From NCBI GenBank assembly GCA_963666205.1, contig OY762654.1:2400001-2464000 (forward strand): DNA of 64,000 nt. The letters are read 5' to 3'. Numbering within the stretch: the stretch's first letter is position 1; each line of letters starts with the position of its first letter. The position numbers and the translations under genes were made by a program. The notes under the pieces were generated by a model. It worked only from the letters and a program-made list of their open reading frames with translations, did not search any database and had not been told where the DNA came from. Origin of the DNA: Synergistales bacterium. GTDB taxonomy: Bacteria; Synergistota; Synergistia; Synergistales; JAFGMB01. Positions 12,224 to 21,749 of the stretch are shown here, piece by piece.

Positions 12224-13384
12224 CTATTTCCGGTTATAAAGATCTTTCATAAAGGATAAATAATCTTCCCTGTTCATGGGTCTGGGATTATCCTTGTTGC
12301 TGCCGTTCTTCGCAGAGTTGTCAGCCAGTTCCTCCATATCTCCCTCTTTTATTCCGAGGCTTCTGAAAGAAGGTAGTTCGACGTCCTCAGCCAGTTTCTT
12401 TACTGCTTCCACTGCCTTGAGAGCTCCCTCTTCTTCAGATCCAAAGCTTATCCCCATAGCCTTGGCAACCCGTGCGTATTTTTCCTGGCAGTAGTTCATA
12501 TTGTATTCCATCATAGGTGCCAGAACTACTGCATTGCAGACTCCGTGGGGGGAATCATATTTGGCTCCCAGGGCTTCAGCGATACAGTGAACCGCAGCTA
12601 CATCTGAATGACTGAAGGCAATACCAGCCATGGTGCTGCCTAGAAGCATTCCGGCCCTTGCTTCAAGGTCTTCCCCGTTGTCAAAGGCTCTCTTGAGATA
12701 TTTGGAGATCAGTTCTATGGCGTAAAGGGCAATTGCGTCCCCGATAGGTTCAGCATTTTTCGCAGTATAACCTTCAATAGCGTGAGTCAATGCATCCATT
12801 CCAGTCGATGCGGTGAGGGCTTTAGGCATTGAAAGGGTCAGTTGAGGGTCCAGAAGAGCTACTCGAGGTCCGATAAGCGGGCTTTTGATGGTAAATTTGA
12901 AATGTTCATTTGTATCCGTTATCACTGATCCGAAAGTGACCTCACTCCCTGTTCCGGCAGTTGTGGGAATGGCAATTATGGGTAGTACTTCTTTCCCGAT
13001 CCGGGACCGGTCCTGGTAGTATCTGGAGTTCTCTCCCTGGACCGCTACTACGCTTATAGCTTTTGCGCAGTCGATGGGACTGCCTCCTCCCACCGCAAGA
13101 ATGCAGTCAGAGCAGTCTTCCCGAGCTAGAGATGCACCCCTTTCAACGTTATAGTCCTTTGGATTAGGCTCCACCTCTGAGAATCTTGTCCAGTATATCC
13201 CTGATTCCCTGAGCTGTTTCTCAATTGGATCAAGTATGCCACTCTTCTCTATTCCCGGGTCCGTAACCAGCAGGATTCTTTCAGCTCCCATTTCTCTGAG
13301 ATAATGGACCAGTTTTTCTGAAACGCCGATCCCGTATTCCATCTTTGTGGGCAGTTCAAAATCAAAATTACTCAGTAATGCCAT
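12224..13384 (-). CDS. Iron-containing alcohol dehydrogenase
   Basis: Motifs GGGSPID, PTTAGTGSE, DALTHAIE and H...HG. Start set at MALLSNF after GGAGGT. Confidence 0.93.
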   Translation of the reverse strand: MALLSNFDFELPTKMEYGIGVSEKLVHYLREMGAERILLVTDPGIEKSGILDPIEKQLRESGIYWTRFSEVEPNPKDYNVERGASLAREDCSDCILAVGGGSPIDCAKAISVVAVQGENSRYYQDRSRIGKEVLPIIAIPTTAGTGSEVTFGSVITDTNEHFKFTIKSPLIGPRVALLDPQLTLSMPKALTASTGMDALTHAIEGYTAKNAEPIGDAIALYAIELISKYLKRAFDNGEDLEARAGMLLGSTMAGIAFSHSDVAAVHCIAEALGAKYDSPHGVCNAVVLAPMMEYNMNYCQEKYARVAKAMGISFGSEEEGALKAVEAVKKLAEDVELPSFRSLGIKEGDMEELADNSAKNGSNKDNPRPMNREDYLSFMKDLYNRK

Positions 13385-13454
13385 CGATAAAACCTCCATT
13401 GAAAAAGGATATTGTGTGTTTCTGTTATGCTGGATCTGGTCCCTGGTCAATTTG

Positions 13455-14087
13455 TCATAGAGCCAGAACCAGTTTTTCTGCTTTCATAAATACAACACCG
13501 ATATTTTCCAGTTCCTTCTGTCCCCTGGGGTATATGTGGGATATGGCATCTTCTATGGCCACGATCCTGTAGTCCCTCTCACTGGCTTCATAGATTGAAG
13601 CCCTTGGACAGTTGGGGAAATTAAAACCACTGAAAGCAAGTGTATTAACTTTCATCTCCCTGAGAAGAGAAGAAAGGGGAGTCTGGTAAAAAGCTCCGAA
13701 ACGGGGTTTGTAAATAATGAATTCGTATGGCGATATCTTCTGGATACCTCCACCTAGAAGAACTTTTTCATCAAGCATGGTTTGAGATGAAGGCAGAAGT
13801 TCTTCTGCTATCTGAACCCCTTCTGAACCAGGGCGTAAAAGACCTGAGCCGCCTTCTATTGATGCTCTTCTGCACAGGTCTGCGTTACTCCCGTCTTCTT
13901 TATAGATCCTGACTATGTGTATAACGGGTTTATTGAGAATACGGAAAGTCCTCACTGCCTTTGAGATAGAAGGCAGTACATGAATCTTTTCGTCCCTTTC
14001 CTGTGAGTTTTCGGAAATAAAATCCCTTTGCACGTCTATGGTGATAAGGGATATGGACATAAAATCAGGTTCGGTGTATCCATTCAT
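13455..14087 (-). CDS. Cysteine hydrolase (isochorismatase family)
   Basis: Catalytic triad motifs IDVQRDF, YKPRFGAF and FPNCPRAS. Confidence 0.88.
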   Translation of the reverse strand: MNGYTEPDFMSISLITIDVQRDFISENSQERDEKIHVLPSISKAVRTFRILNKPVIHIVRIYKEDGSNADLCRRASIEGGSGLLRPGSEGVQIAEELLPSSQTMLDEKVLLGGGIQKISPYEFIIYKPRFGAFYQTPLSSLLREMKVNTLAFSGFNFPNCPRASIYEASERDYRIVAIEDAISHIYPRGQKELENIGVVFMKAEKLVLAL

Positions 14088-14506
14088 TTCATATCCCGCA
14101 GTTGTTCTGCCCTTTCTGTTGCTTTGTCCATCAGTGCTATCCTGTTTACCACGGCCCTCTCGAAGGTTCCCGTAAGGATTTCTCCGAGGGCGTCCCTGGC
14201 AGATATGTCAAAAAGTATCTTGTTCCCTTCTATTGAACGCAGAACAACTCTGAAGGTCACTCTTGTTCCAAGCAGGCTCGGCTCGTCATGGGTTATGGTG
14301 AGGGATCGGCCTATGGTAATAAAACCCTCGGGAAGATATTTGTCCGTTACCTTTGTTGATGCTTTGACAAAGGTTTCTACGCATGCCGAAGTGGAAAGAA
14401 GCTGGTTTAGATAGACAGACTGATTACCTACTGTATCGTCCATTTCAATAACCTTGTTGACCTCATAAGATTCCCCCGGTTTGAGTATTTCCTTGAGATC
14501 GAACAT
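14084..14506 (-). CDS. Hotdog-fold thioesterase (FlK-like)
   Basis: LLSTSAC..., TIGRSLTITHDEPSLLG and GEILTGTFERAVV pattern; AAGGAGG RBS before MFDLKEIL. Confidence 0.75.
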   Translation of the reverse strand: MFDLKEILKPGESYEVNKVIEMDDTVGNQSVYLNQLLSTSACVETFVKASTKVTDKYLPEGFITIGRSLTITHDEPSLLGTRVTFRVVLRSIEGNKILFDISARDALGEILTGTFERAVVNRIALMDKATERAEQLRDMK

Positions 14507-14601
14507 TATAAACCCTCCTTTAAAGATCAGCATGTAAATAACGATCTATATCTATGTTCTTATTTTACATTAAAGCAGTACATAATAAAATAATATCAGT
14601 G

Positions 14602-17600
14602 TTACATTGTGTCCCAATGAAGGGGGCATTTGTTTCTGAAGGGACAGGCGTTGCATTTTCCCAGTTCAGGTTCAAAAGGACCATTTGCGGCCTTTTGTGC
14701 GCTTCGTCGGATATCTTCCTCTATTTCTTCCATGCCTCCTCCGGGCATAGCGATCCTTTCAGTTTCGATCCCTTCCCGGAGGTGGATCAGTCTCAGGTCT
14801 ACAGGCAGATCCCTATCCCTCAAAGCGTGATATGCTGTCCAGCCGTAGAAGAGCAGCTGACTGGTATAAAGTTCCTCTGGAGCCTTTTCCTGGGCAGTTA
14901 TCTTGTAATCCCTGATATGAATTATATTGTCCTTTTCCCACATGAGATCCATGGCACCGGTGAGTAGGGGACCATGGTCCATCCTGATCCGAAAAGGCAG
15001 TTCCCGATTTAATACTCCCTGGCAGAGGAGGTCTTTTAAAGTTCTTCCTGTTTCGGATACTGAAAGGTCCCTCAGCCATTTTCGAAGGGTCTCCCTGCTG
15101 TCCGGCTTTTTCCACTCCGGCAGAATATAGACAGGTATCCCGGTTTCAACACTGTTGTGTCCCATTACTGTCAAAGGCAGGTAGTTTTCCAGCCCATCCT
15201 CTGACAGGTCCCATTTCTGGAGTATCCAATGGGCAAGGTTCCCCAGATCAGACCCTCCCGGACCATCTGCTCCAGGGAGTTCCCACTTGAGATCCCTTCC
15301 CTGACGGTGTCTCATCCTCCATGCCAGAGGGCAGAATTTAAAGAGACTGTAGGATGTGGCACTTAACCTGGCCAGATATTCCTTCCCCTTTACCGGTCCT
15401 TGCACAAAGGTTCTTTCTTTCTGTTCAGAAACTCTGATATTTTGTTTTTTAGCTGTTTTTACCCTGTCTGTGGCAAGGGGAAGATCCGGAAAGATCTTTT
15501 CCCATATCATTGACAGCCATGTACCATCTCGCGGTTCTGGCTTTTCTCCGTCCTTTGCTTCCAGGGTTGCGCAAAGGAACAGAGAATCCCTTGCCCTTGT
15601 GGCGGCGACGTAGAACAGGCGCTGCCATTCTTCCAGCTGTTCCTGTTTTTCCATCATTGCCGCGAGTACAGGAGAAGACGGGGTATCCTTGTTATCAGAT
15701 GCGATCCCATCGGGGTATCTGGAAGGAGTGACGCCAAGAATTGCCGATGGATCAAGACTGGTTCCGTGACTTCTTTTTCCAGGGAAATACTCCATTCCCA
15801 TTATTGCCAGAACGGGGAATTCGAGTCCCTTCGAAGCATGGACTGTCATTATCCTGACAACATCATCCTGTTCCCCTGTGAAGTCGGCATCTTCCATGGC
15901 TATACCTCTTCCCATGGATCCGCGAAGGTACTCGGAACATCCTCGCAGATCATTGCCCATAGCACTTTCATATTCCCTGCTGATATCTACGGCCTTCCGA
16001 AGATTCGCAGCTGCTTTCTTCCTTTTCCACGCGGGGAAAGCCTTAAGCGTATCAGCTCTTGAAAGTATAATGGAAAATACCCTTGAAACACCCTCCAGTG
16101 TGGCTATCCGTCTCCATCCTTCCATCTCCTGGAAAAGAGAGGAATTCACGTTCTGCAGGATCTCTGCGAGATCTTTTCCAGTATTTCTCTTCTCTTCAAG
16201 AAGCTTTCCAGTCTTCTCAAGGGAGAGACCTGAAAAGGGTGATGAAAGAAAGGATGTGAGGGCTGTCTGATCCCTTTTGTCAGCCAGATAATCGACCAGG
16301 GAAAGGAGGTCCTGAACCTCACTTCGGGAATAATAGCCCAGGCTGCTCTCAAAATAGCAGGGAATGGACAGGTCTTCTATGAAGGCTCTTTCAAGGGCAC
16401 TGTACTGGTTTCTTGTCGGCACGAGTATAGCCATATCCCTCCACTGGAGAGGTCTCAGCCCTTCTTCTTTTTTATCCCAGATAAGAGTGCCCTTTTCCCT
16501 TAGTTGCATTAATTCCCGCCCCAGCCTCCTGGCAAGATCAAGTCTCTTCTCCTCAGCAGGTGTTCTTTCTTTCCCTGATGTATAGAATTCAACAAGGACC
16601 TTGAGGGGAGGGGTCTGGATTTCCTGCCTTCTGCTGTGCCAATCCATGGTAACAGGGCTTTGAAGATGCTCATAAGGATGGATCAGGTCTCTTCCCAGGC
16701 CCTTTTCCCATATTTTGCCGAAGATAGAGTTTATACCCTCCAGAACTTTCCCGCTGCTACGGAAACTGACATCAAGGTTTATGTATTTTCCCTTTCCTTG
16801 TAGAGCTTTCTGTATATATTCCAGGAAAATGGAAGGTTCAGCATGCCGGAACCGGTAGATGGACTGTTTCAGATCGCCCACCAGGAACATGGCAGGAGAA
16901 CCCCTTTCCCAAATGGTCCTGAGAAGGATCTCCTGAAGTCTGTTGGTATCCTGAAATTCGTCAACAAGGACTTCCCGGAACCTCTCTGACATACTCCCGG
17001 CCTGAAGGGCTTCAATGGATCTGGAGATCATATCGTCGAAGGAGATCAGACTCTTCTTTCTCTTGTATTCTTCCCAGATCTGCCATAAAAGAGATGAAAC
17101 CTCCAGCAGTGTTTCTCTGGTCTGCCTGTCTCTTCCGTCAATGCCATGAACCAGGACTTCGCATAATCTGATATGTTCGGAGTATTGATTACGGAACTCT
17201 GATACTGAGCATTCCAGCTCCTGTGCTATTTCCGCTGCCGCTTTTCCGGAAGCGCCCTTCAGAGCTTCCATAAGATCGAGGAAAAACAGAGGCAGATCTT
17301 CCCTTTGTGGTTTTTCCTCTCCCCATTTTGAGTGAACACCCCTGAGTTTCTCTGCCAGTTTAGTCTTGCTTTCAAGGAGTATGGGCAGTCCAGGAATCAG
17401 TCCCCCGGAACCTGACCAGCGTTGCCATTCTTCTTCAAAAACAGTTGAGTATATCTCCCTGACTCTGGCCAGGGCTTCCTGGTCCCTCTTCTCCAGATCT
17501 TTGGAGAAAGACCAGAGGTCCCCGGGGTCTTGTCCTCGACTTGCCCATAGGGATAATATCCCCCTTGTCAGTCCGGTGATGCCCCTTGCTCCATAGCTGT

Positions 17601-18183
17601 TTACCAGGTCTGTCAGAAAGGGTTTATCGAATATCTGTTCCTCTCTGGATGTCCATATTCCTCTGACTCTTTTTTTAAACCAGCGGTTATCCAGAATGTC
17701 CAGTTGTTTTTCTACTTCCCGCCAGAGTTCTTCTTCCTCCGGGGTGCTCACTGGTCTTGATTCAGGGTCAAGTTCCAGGGACAGTCCCCCTTCCCTTATC
17801 ATCCTCAGGGAAAAGGAATGAAGGGTGGAAATAAAAGCTTCGTCCATTTCTTCCCGGGCTTCTTCAAGGAGAGGGGACAGTGATGGCACTAGAGAGGCCA
17901 CCTTTCCCAGGAGATCCCTTATCCTGTCTTTCATTTCCAGAGCGGCTTTTTCGGTAAAAGTAAGGGTCAGTATCTCCTTTACCCTTGCCTTTCCTGTGGC
18001 GATTGCCCATACAAAACGCCAGGCCAGGGTCCATGTTTTCCCAGTTCCTGCCCCCGCACTTACTACCACCAGAGGATCTTCAGCCATGATTGCTTCCCTC
18101 TGTCCAGGAAGGGTGGTCTTTTCCAGCAGGACTGTAAGTTCCTCTATGCCTGTAACTGTTTTTTCCCTGTCAGTCCCTATCAT
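14602..18183 (-). CDS. addA: AddA-like UvrD-family helicase with C-terminal PD-(D/E)XK nuclease
   Basis: Motifs SAGAGTGKT, LTFTEKAA, VDEFQD, VGDLKQSIYRFR, MTVHASKGLEF, FYVAATRA and DYK. Start placed at MIGTDREK, overlapping the addB stop. Confidence 0.88.
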   Translation of the reverse strand: MIGTDREKTVTGIEELTVLLEKTTLPGQREAIMAEDPLVVVSAGAGTGKTWTLAWRFVWAIATGKARVKEILTLTFTEKAALEMKDRIRDLLGKVASLVPSLSPLLEEAREEMDEAFISTLHSFSLRMIREGGLSLELDPESRPVSTPEEEELWREVEKQLDILDNRWFKKRVRGIWTSREEQIFDKPFLTDLVNSYGARGITGLTRGILSLWASRGQDPGDLWSFSKDLEKRDQEALARVREIYSTVFEEEWQRWSGSGGLIPGLPILLESKTKLAEKLRGVHSKWGEEKPQREDLPLFFLDLMEALKGASGKAAAEIAQELECSVSEFRNQYSEHIRLCEVLVHGIDGRDRQTRETLLEVSSLLWQIWEEYKRKKSLISFDDMISRSIEALQAGSMSERFREVLVDEFQDTNRLQEILLRTIWERGSPAMFLVGDLKQSIYRFRHAEPSIFLEYIQKALQGKGKYINLDVSFRSSGKVLEGINSIFGKIWEKGLGRDLIHPYEHLQSPVTMDWHSRRQEIQTPPLKVLVEFYTSGKERTPAEEKRLDLARRLGRELMQLREKGTLIWDKKEEGLRPLQWRDMAILVPTRNQYSALERAFIEDLSIPCYFESSLGYYSRSEVQDLLSLVDYLADKRDQTALTSFLSSPFSGLSLEKTGKLLEEKRNTGKDLAEILQNVNSSLFQEMEGWRRIATLEGVSRVFSIILSRADTLKAFPAWKRKKAAANLRKAVDISREYESAMGNDLRGCSEYLRGSMGRGIAMEDADFTGEQDDVVRIMTVHASKGLEFPVLAIMGMEYFPGKRSHGTSLDPSAILGVTPSRYPDGIASDNKDTPSSPVLAAMMEKQEQLEEWQRLFYVAATRARDSLFLCATLEAKDGEKPEPRDGTWLSMIWEKIFPDLPLATDRVKTAKKQNIRVSEQKERTFVQGPVKGKEYLARLSATSYSLFKFCPLAWRMRHRQGRDLKWELPGADGPGGSDLGNLAHWILQKWDLSEDGLENYLPLTVMGHNSVETGIPVYILPEWKKPDSRETLRKWLRDLSVSETGRTLKDLLCQGVLNRELPFRIRMDHGPLLTGAMDLMWEKDNIIHIRDYKITAQEKAPEELYTSQLLFYGWTAYHALRDRDLPVDLRLIHLREGIETERIAMPGGGMEEIEEDIRRSAQKAANGPFEPELGKCNACPFRNKCPLHWDTM

Positions 18184-21097
18184 CCTGGATTTCTCCTTCC
18201 GGGTTTTCCTGTCTTCTGCATATTCCTGAATAGGGGCAGTACCTGCAGGATTCCGAGTTATAATCGGGAATGAATTCCCCCCTCTTGATGTGACCTGCCA
18301 TTTCACCAAGATGATATTCGGCTTTCTCCAGTTTTTCGTCCAGGGATATGCCCTTCTTTGAAAGGCCCAGGTATTCAGCTGTTGGAACATCACAGGAGGA
18401 TCCTGTTATTCTTCCGTCTGCGTGACAGAGATAGCCGTAACCGCATATTCCCGCAAAAGGACTATTACTGGTATGAGAAGCTTTTTTGAGGAGCAGACAG
18501 TAGGCTGCCAGTTGCATGCTATTCCTGAATCGGGAACTGTTGCCGCTTTTGTAGTCTATGACCACAGCACTGCCTTCATCAAGGATGTCCAGCCTGTCAA
18601 AACGTCCTCTGAAAATTACTCCATCTATCTCCAGATCGGGGAGCATCCCTTCCAGGACAGGAGGGAAATCCTTGTTTCGGATGGAACTCCCTTCCATCCG
18701 GTCCTGAAGATCACCAGCCTTGGAAAGATCTGCTTCAAATCTTTTCAGATGCCTTCTCAGGGATGGGTCGGAGAGAAGTTCCGGATAACATTTCTTCAAA
18801 GATCCTTCCAGGAAAGTTCTGGAAATATATTGAAGTGATCCGCCCTCATCGACGTATTTTCTCCAGGTGGCTTCCCATATCCTATGGAGAGCTATCCCTG
18901 ATTTTATTCTGTCAAAACCGATGCGGGTCTTTTCTTCCATCCTTAATATATGCCTGCAGTAATATAGGAAAGGACAGGCTATCCAGTCATCTATGGAACT
19001 GAGGTGTACTATCCAGGCTTTTTCTTCAGGTTCTATCCTTGTGAGGGGAAGGATACGTTCCTTAATTGATGATGGATAATATCCCAGTTCTCCTACTTCA
19101 ATTCCCTTCACATGTATTTCGGTGTCAAGGGGGAGAATACGGTTCAGGCCTCTGGTTATCAGCTTCCCATTCCCGGCTGTATTTGAAGCCCAGAAGCTAT
19201 TCCCTTTTTCAAGAGACCTTTCCAGAAATGGTGAAGCTGAGAGCGGTCTTCCTGAAGTATCGGTTTCAGGCCATGAAAGAAGGCTGAGATCCTCTCCACA
19301 AGCAATTATTCTTCGGAAAAGGTACTCTTTCTGCCTTCTCAGTTCAGGAACAAGGGGCAAATGGCCTTCCCCAAGGTCCAGGCCGGAATGAAGAGCCTCT
19401 TTTCTCGAATCGGGAAGAAGATCGGTCTCTCTCAGAGTTCCAGGCCAGTTTCCTGTAGAAACACCGGCAAATATCCACAACCTGTTTCTGGCCAGGACTG
19501 GAGGAGTTCCGGGATACACTTCTATGGAATCGCCTCTCGAAGGGGCATTCCAGATTGTGGATGTTTCAGCCCATCTGCGGAGGAATTCGAAGGCCTTGCT
19601 ACCCGTAAGGATATCTTTGCCTGCAGGGCCTATATTTTCAACAAGTTCGCTTATGGAAACCAGCTTTTCTTCTGTTTCCCTGATAGCGGCATTCATTCTT
19701 CTGCAGGTTTCATCAAGTTCCTGCATTTTCATAACGTAGGAGGAGATCTTCATTTCCGATCCCGTATCAATGAATAGATCTCTCAGAGCCTTCAGTATTT
19801 CTGCTGCAGTTCCACCTTCACTAAGGGTTTTGCTGAAAGCCTTAATGGCTCCGAAAGAAACTGTAATCAAGGGAGTATCCAGGGAAGAAATGAAATTGCA
19901 CCATTCATCTTCTCCAGATGGATTTACTGCCTCAAATCTTTCAACCGGGAAATAATCTCCACAGAAAAAGGGTTCCTGAAGAAGTCTGGCTGTTTTACTG
20001 GAGGGCCAGTCATTCTGGAAAGATTCCCAGACTCTCCCCGCGAGTTCCCAGAGAGGGGTCCGGGAAACAGTCAGACCCTCCAGAAGTACAAAGGGAAGTT
20101 CATATCTTCCGAAAACTTCCTCAACCTGCCGGATGTACTCGGGAGGGCAGGTCATGGAAATATATCCCCAGCCGGGAAAGGAAGTCCCGCTATAATTCTG
20201 GAGTTCTCCAGTGGAATTACTCCATAGAACCAGTTCTCTTGCAATTGTCTCGATTTCCAGTCTTCTGTCCCCACCTTGAATGGGAATAACTTCCAGGGGA
20301 GAGTTATCGCTGATGTTTACTGTTTTTTCTCCCTCGAACTGACTCAACACAGTGTAGGCTTTTTTCACTCCTGTCTGGGGTGTGAATATGACAAGGTCTC
20401 CGGCCTTTTGAGAAAGGGTCCTTACCAGCTTCAGCTGACTGTGGTTAAAACTCAGGAACCCAGTGAAGATGAAGGATCTCCTTTTTATCCATTCAGACCC
20501 TTCAGGTCCTGTGTCTATGATATTCCTTGTCAGTGTGGCTATCTGAGCACTGTCACAGAGTCCATGTCCTTTCAGATAGTTGAAATAGAGATGATAAGCT
20601 TTGCACAGGATCCCTTCCGGTTCTTTGTCGTGTTCGCATTTACCCTCGCCGTTACAACAGGAACATCCCATTATTTCTGAAAGGCTGGCCGGCTCAATTT
20701 CTTCCCGCATAAGATCGCGGAGAGAGTCTCCCAGTCGTGAGGCAAAACCCTTCTGCTTTATCCCTGGAAGATGGCACGAAAAATCTTCATCTTTCAGCAT
20801 ATTGTCCAGGATGTGTTGAATGATAAGCCAGTGGTCTGGAGGATCTATCTGTCTCCGGTGGTAGGGAGTTGATGGAACGCCATTCTGTATTTCCCTGAAA
20901 AGGTCTCCCCAACGCCATATATGGGGAAAAGGGATACCTATTCCTCCCTTTTCGAGTAACATTTCCTTGAGTAGTTCCATGTCTGCTCTTGTAGGAACCA
21001 CGAAGATCTTTTCAGAGGTTGCCCCCTGACCTGTCCAGGCTTGATGGTTCAACTCTTCAGATAATTCCGAGATCCTGCGATAAGTAAAGATATGCAT
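18170..21097 (-). CDS. addB: AddB-like subunit: degenerate helicase plus PD-(D/E)XK nuclease
   Basis: C-terminal CPF..., RGRFDRLD, IDYKSG, QLAAY and CRYCPYSGIC; lies directly upstream of the addA-like gene. Confidence 0.82.
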   Translation of the reverse strand: MHIFTYRRISELSEELNHQAWTGQGATSEKIFVVPTRADMELLKEMLLEKGGIGIPFPHIWRWGDLFREIQNGVPSTPYHRRQIDPPDHWLIIQHILDNMLKDEDFSCHLPGIKQKGFASRLGDSLRDLMREEIEPASLSEIMGCSCCNGEGKCEHDKEPEGILCKAYHLYFNYLKGHGLCDSAQIATLTRNIIDTGPEGSEWIKRRSFIFTGFLSFNHSQLKLVRTLSQKAGDLVIFTPQTGVKKAYTVLSQFEGEKTVNISDNSPLEVIPIQGGDRRLEIETIARELVLWSNSTGELQNYSGTSFPGWGYISMTCPPEYIRQVEEVFGRYELPFVLLEGLTVSRTPLWELAGRVWESFQNDWPSSKTARLLQEPFFCGDYFPVERFEAVNPSGEDEWCNFISSLDTPLITVSFGAIKAFSKTLSEGGTAAEILKALRDLFIDTGSEMKISSYVMKMQELDETCRRMNAAIRETEEKLVSISELVENIGPAGKDILTGSKAFEFLRRWAETSTIWNAPSRGDSIEVYPGTPPVLARNRLWIFAGVSTGNWPGTLRETDLLPDSRKEALHSGLDLGEGHLPLVPELRRQKEYLFRRIIACGEDLSLLSWPETDTSGRPLSASPFLERSLEKGNSFWASNTAGNGKLITRGLNRILPLDTEIHVKGIEVGELGYYPSSIKERILPLTRIEPEEKAWIVHLSSIDDWIACPFLYYCRHILRMEEKTRIGFDRIKSGIALHRIWEATWRKYVDEGGSLQYISRTFLEGSLKKCYPELLSDPSLRRHLKRFEADLSKAGDLQDRMEGSSIRNKDFPPVLEGMLPDLEIDGVIFRGRFDRLDILDEGSAVVIDYKSGNSSRFRNSMQLAAYCLLLKKASHTSNSPFAGICGYGYLCHADGRITGSSCDVPTAEYLGLSKKGISLDEKLEKAEYHLGEMAGHIKRGEFIPDYNSESCRYCPYSGICRRQENPEGEIQDDRD

Positions 21098-21253
21098 CCT
21101 ATCAGCTCCGTAGGTATTATTATTTCTATTCTACCAAGTACAGTAAAAAAGGTTTGGAAAATATTTATAATTTACAGGATTTGATATATACTAACGTTAA
21201 ATAGAAAAAGCTTTAGCATGCGATTGGGATAATCTTTATTTGAGGTGATGTGT

Positions 21254-21646
21254 ATGTCCAGACGTGCGGTCCTTGTTGTAGTTCTTGTTGTTCTGGTAGT
21301 AGCAGGTTTTACCTTAATAATCGGTAAAGGAACGTCCTGGTTCAATGCCTCCTCTGGTCCGAAACTTGAGATTGACGAAGATGCCCTGACCCAGATGAGC
21401 GGGAGTGGAAACGAGTTTTACGTAAGACCGGGCAGAGCAGGCTGAGGTGCTCCGCTGCAGGCGCTCGTGAAGCGTGGAAAACCCGGAAAAGATCCGGACA
21501 GTTATATTCAGTGTAATTCAGGAGACATATGTCTGTGGGTTCCAGGAGATCTTGAGTTCAGGGATAATCTGGTCCATGTGATCCTTGACAAGGGCCGGGG
21601 CAGGAAAATATTACTTGTAGAAACTGCACTTCTGTCTTCTCAGTAG
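21254..21646 (+). CDS. Putative selenoprotein 1 (130 aa, Sec at codon 64), HesB/IscA-like 'CC/Se motif'-type fold, N-terminal hydrophobic anchor
   Basis: The frame stays open for 66 codons after TGA 21443-21445 (GAPLQALVKRGKP...VETALLSSQ, TAG 21644-21646). The read-through part is homologous to the neighbouring gene, and a SECIS-like hairpin is present. Confidence 0.85.
21461..21475 (+). promoter_or_regulatory. Candidate bacterial SECIS of selenoprotein 1
   Basis: Stem GCGCU/AGCGU with loop CGUGA; 20 nt separate the UGA from the loop. Confidence 0.7.
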
Positions 21647-21749
21647 GACTTGAGTAAATTCAGTAGTTTTCCGGTTCTGTCATTAGCTTTTTAGTTGTAG
21701 AATGTTCTGAAGAGATTGAGTTTCTATTCTTTTGAAAGGAGAAATATGC

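Noticed and set aside
18184-18393. 70-aa N-terminal extension of AddA in the ORF track
   Set aside because: It overlaps the conserved AddB C-terminus. The start at 18183 has an RBS and gives a normal short overlap.
18170-19020. Cas4-like Cys/nuclease motifs suggesting a CRISPR adaptation gene
   Set aside because: They form the C-terminal nuclease domain of AddB, adjacent to addA.
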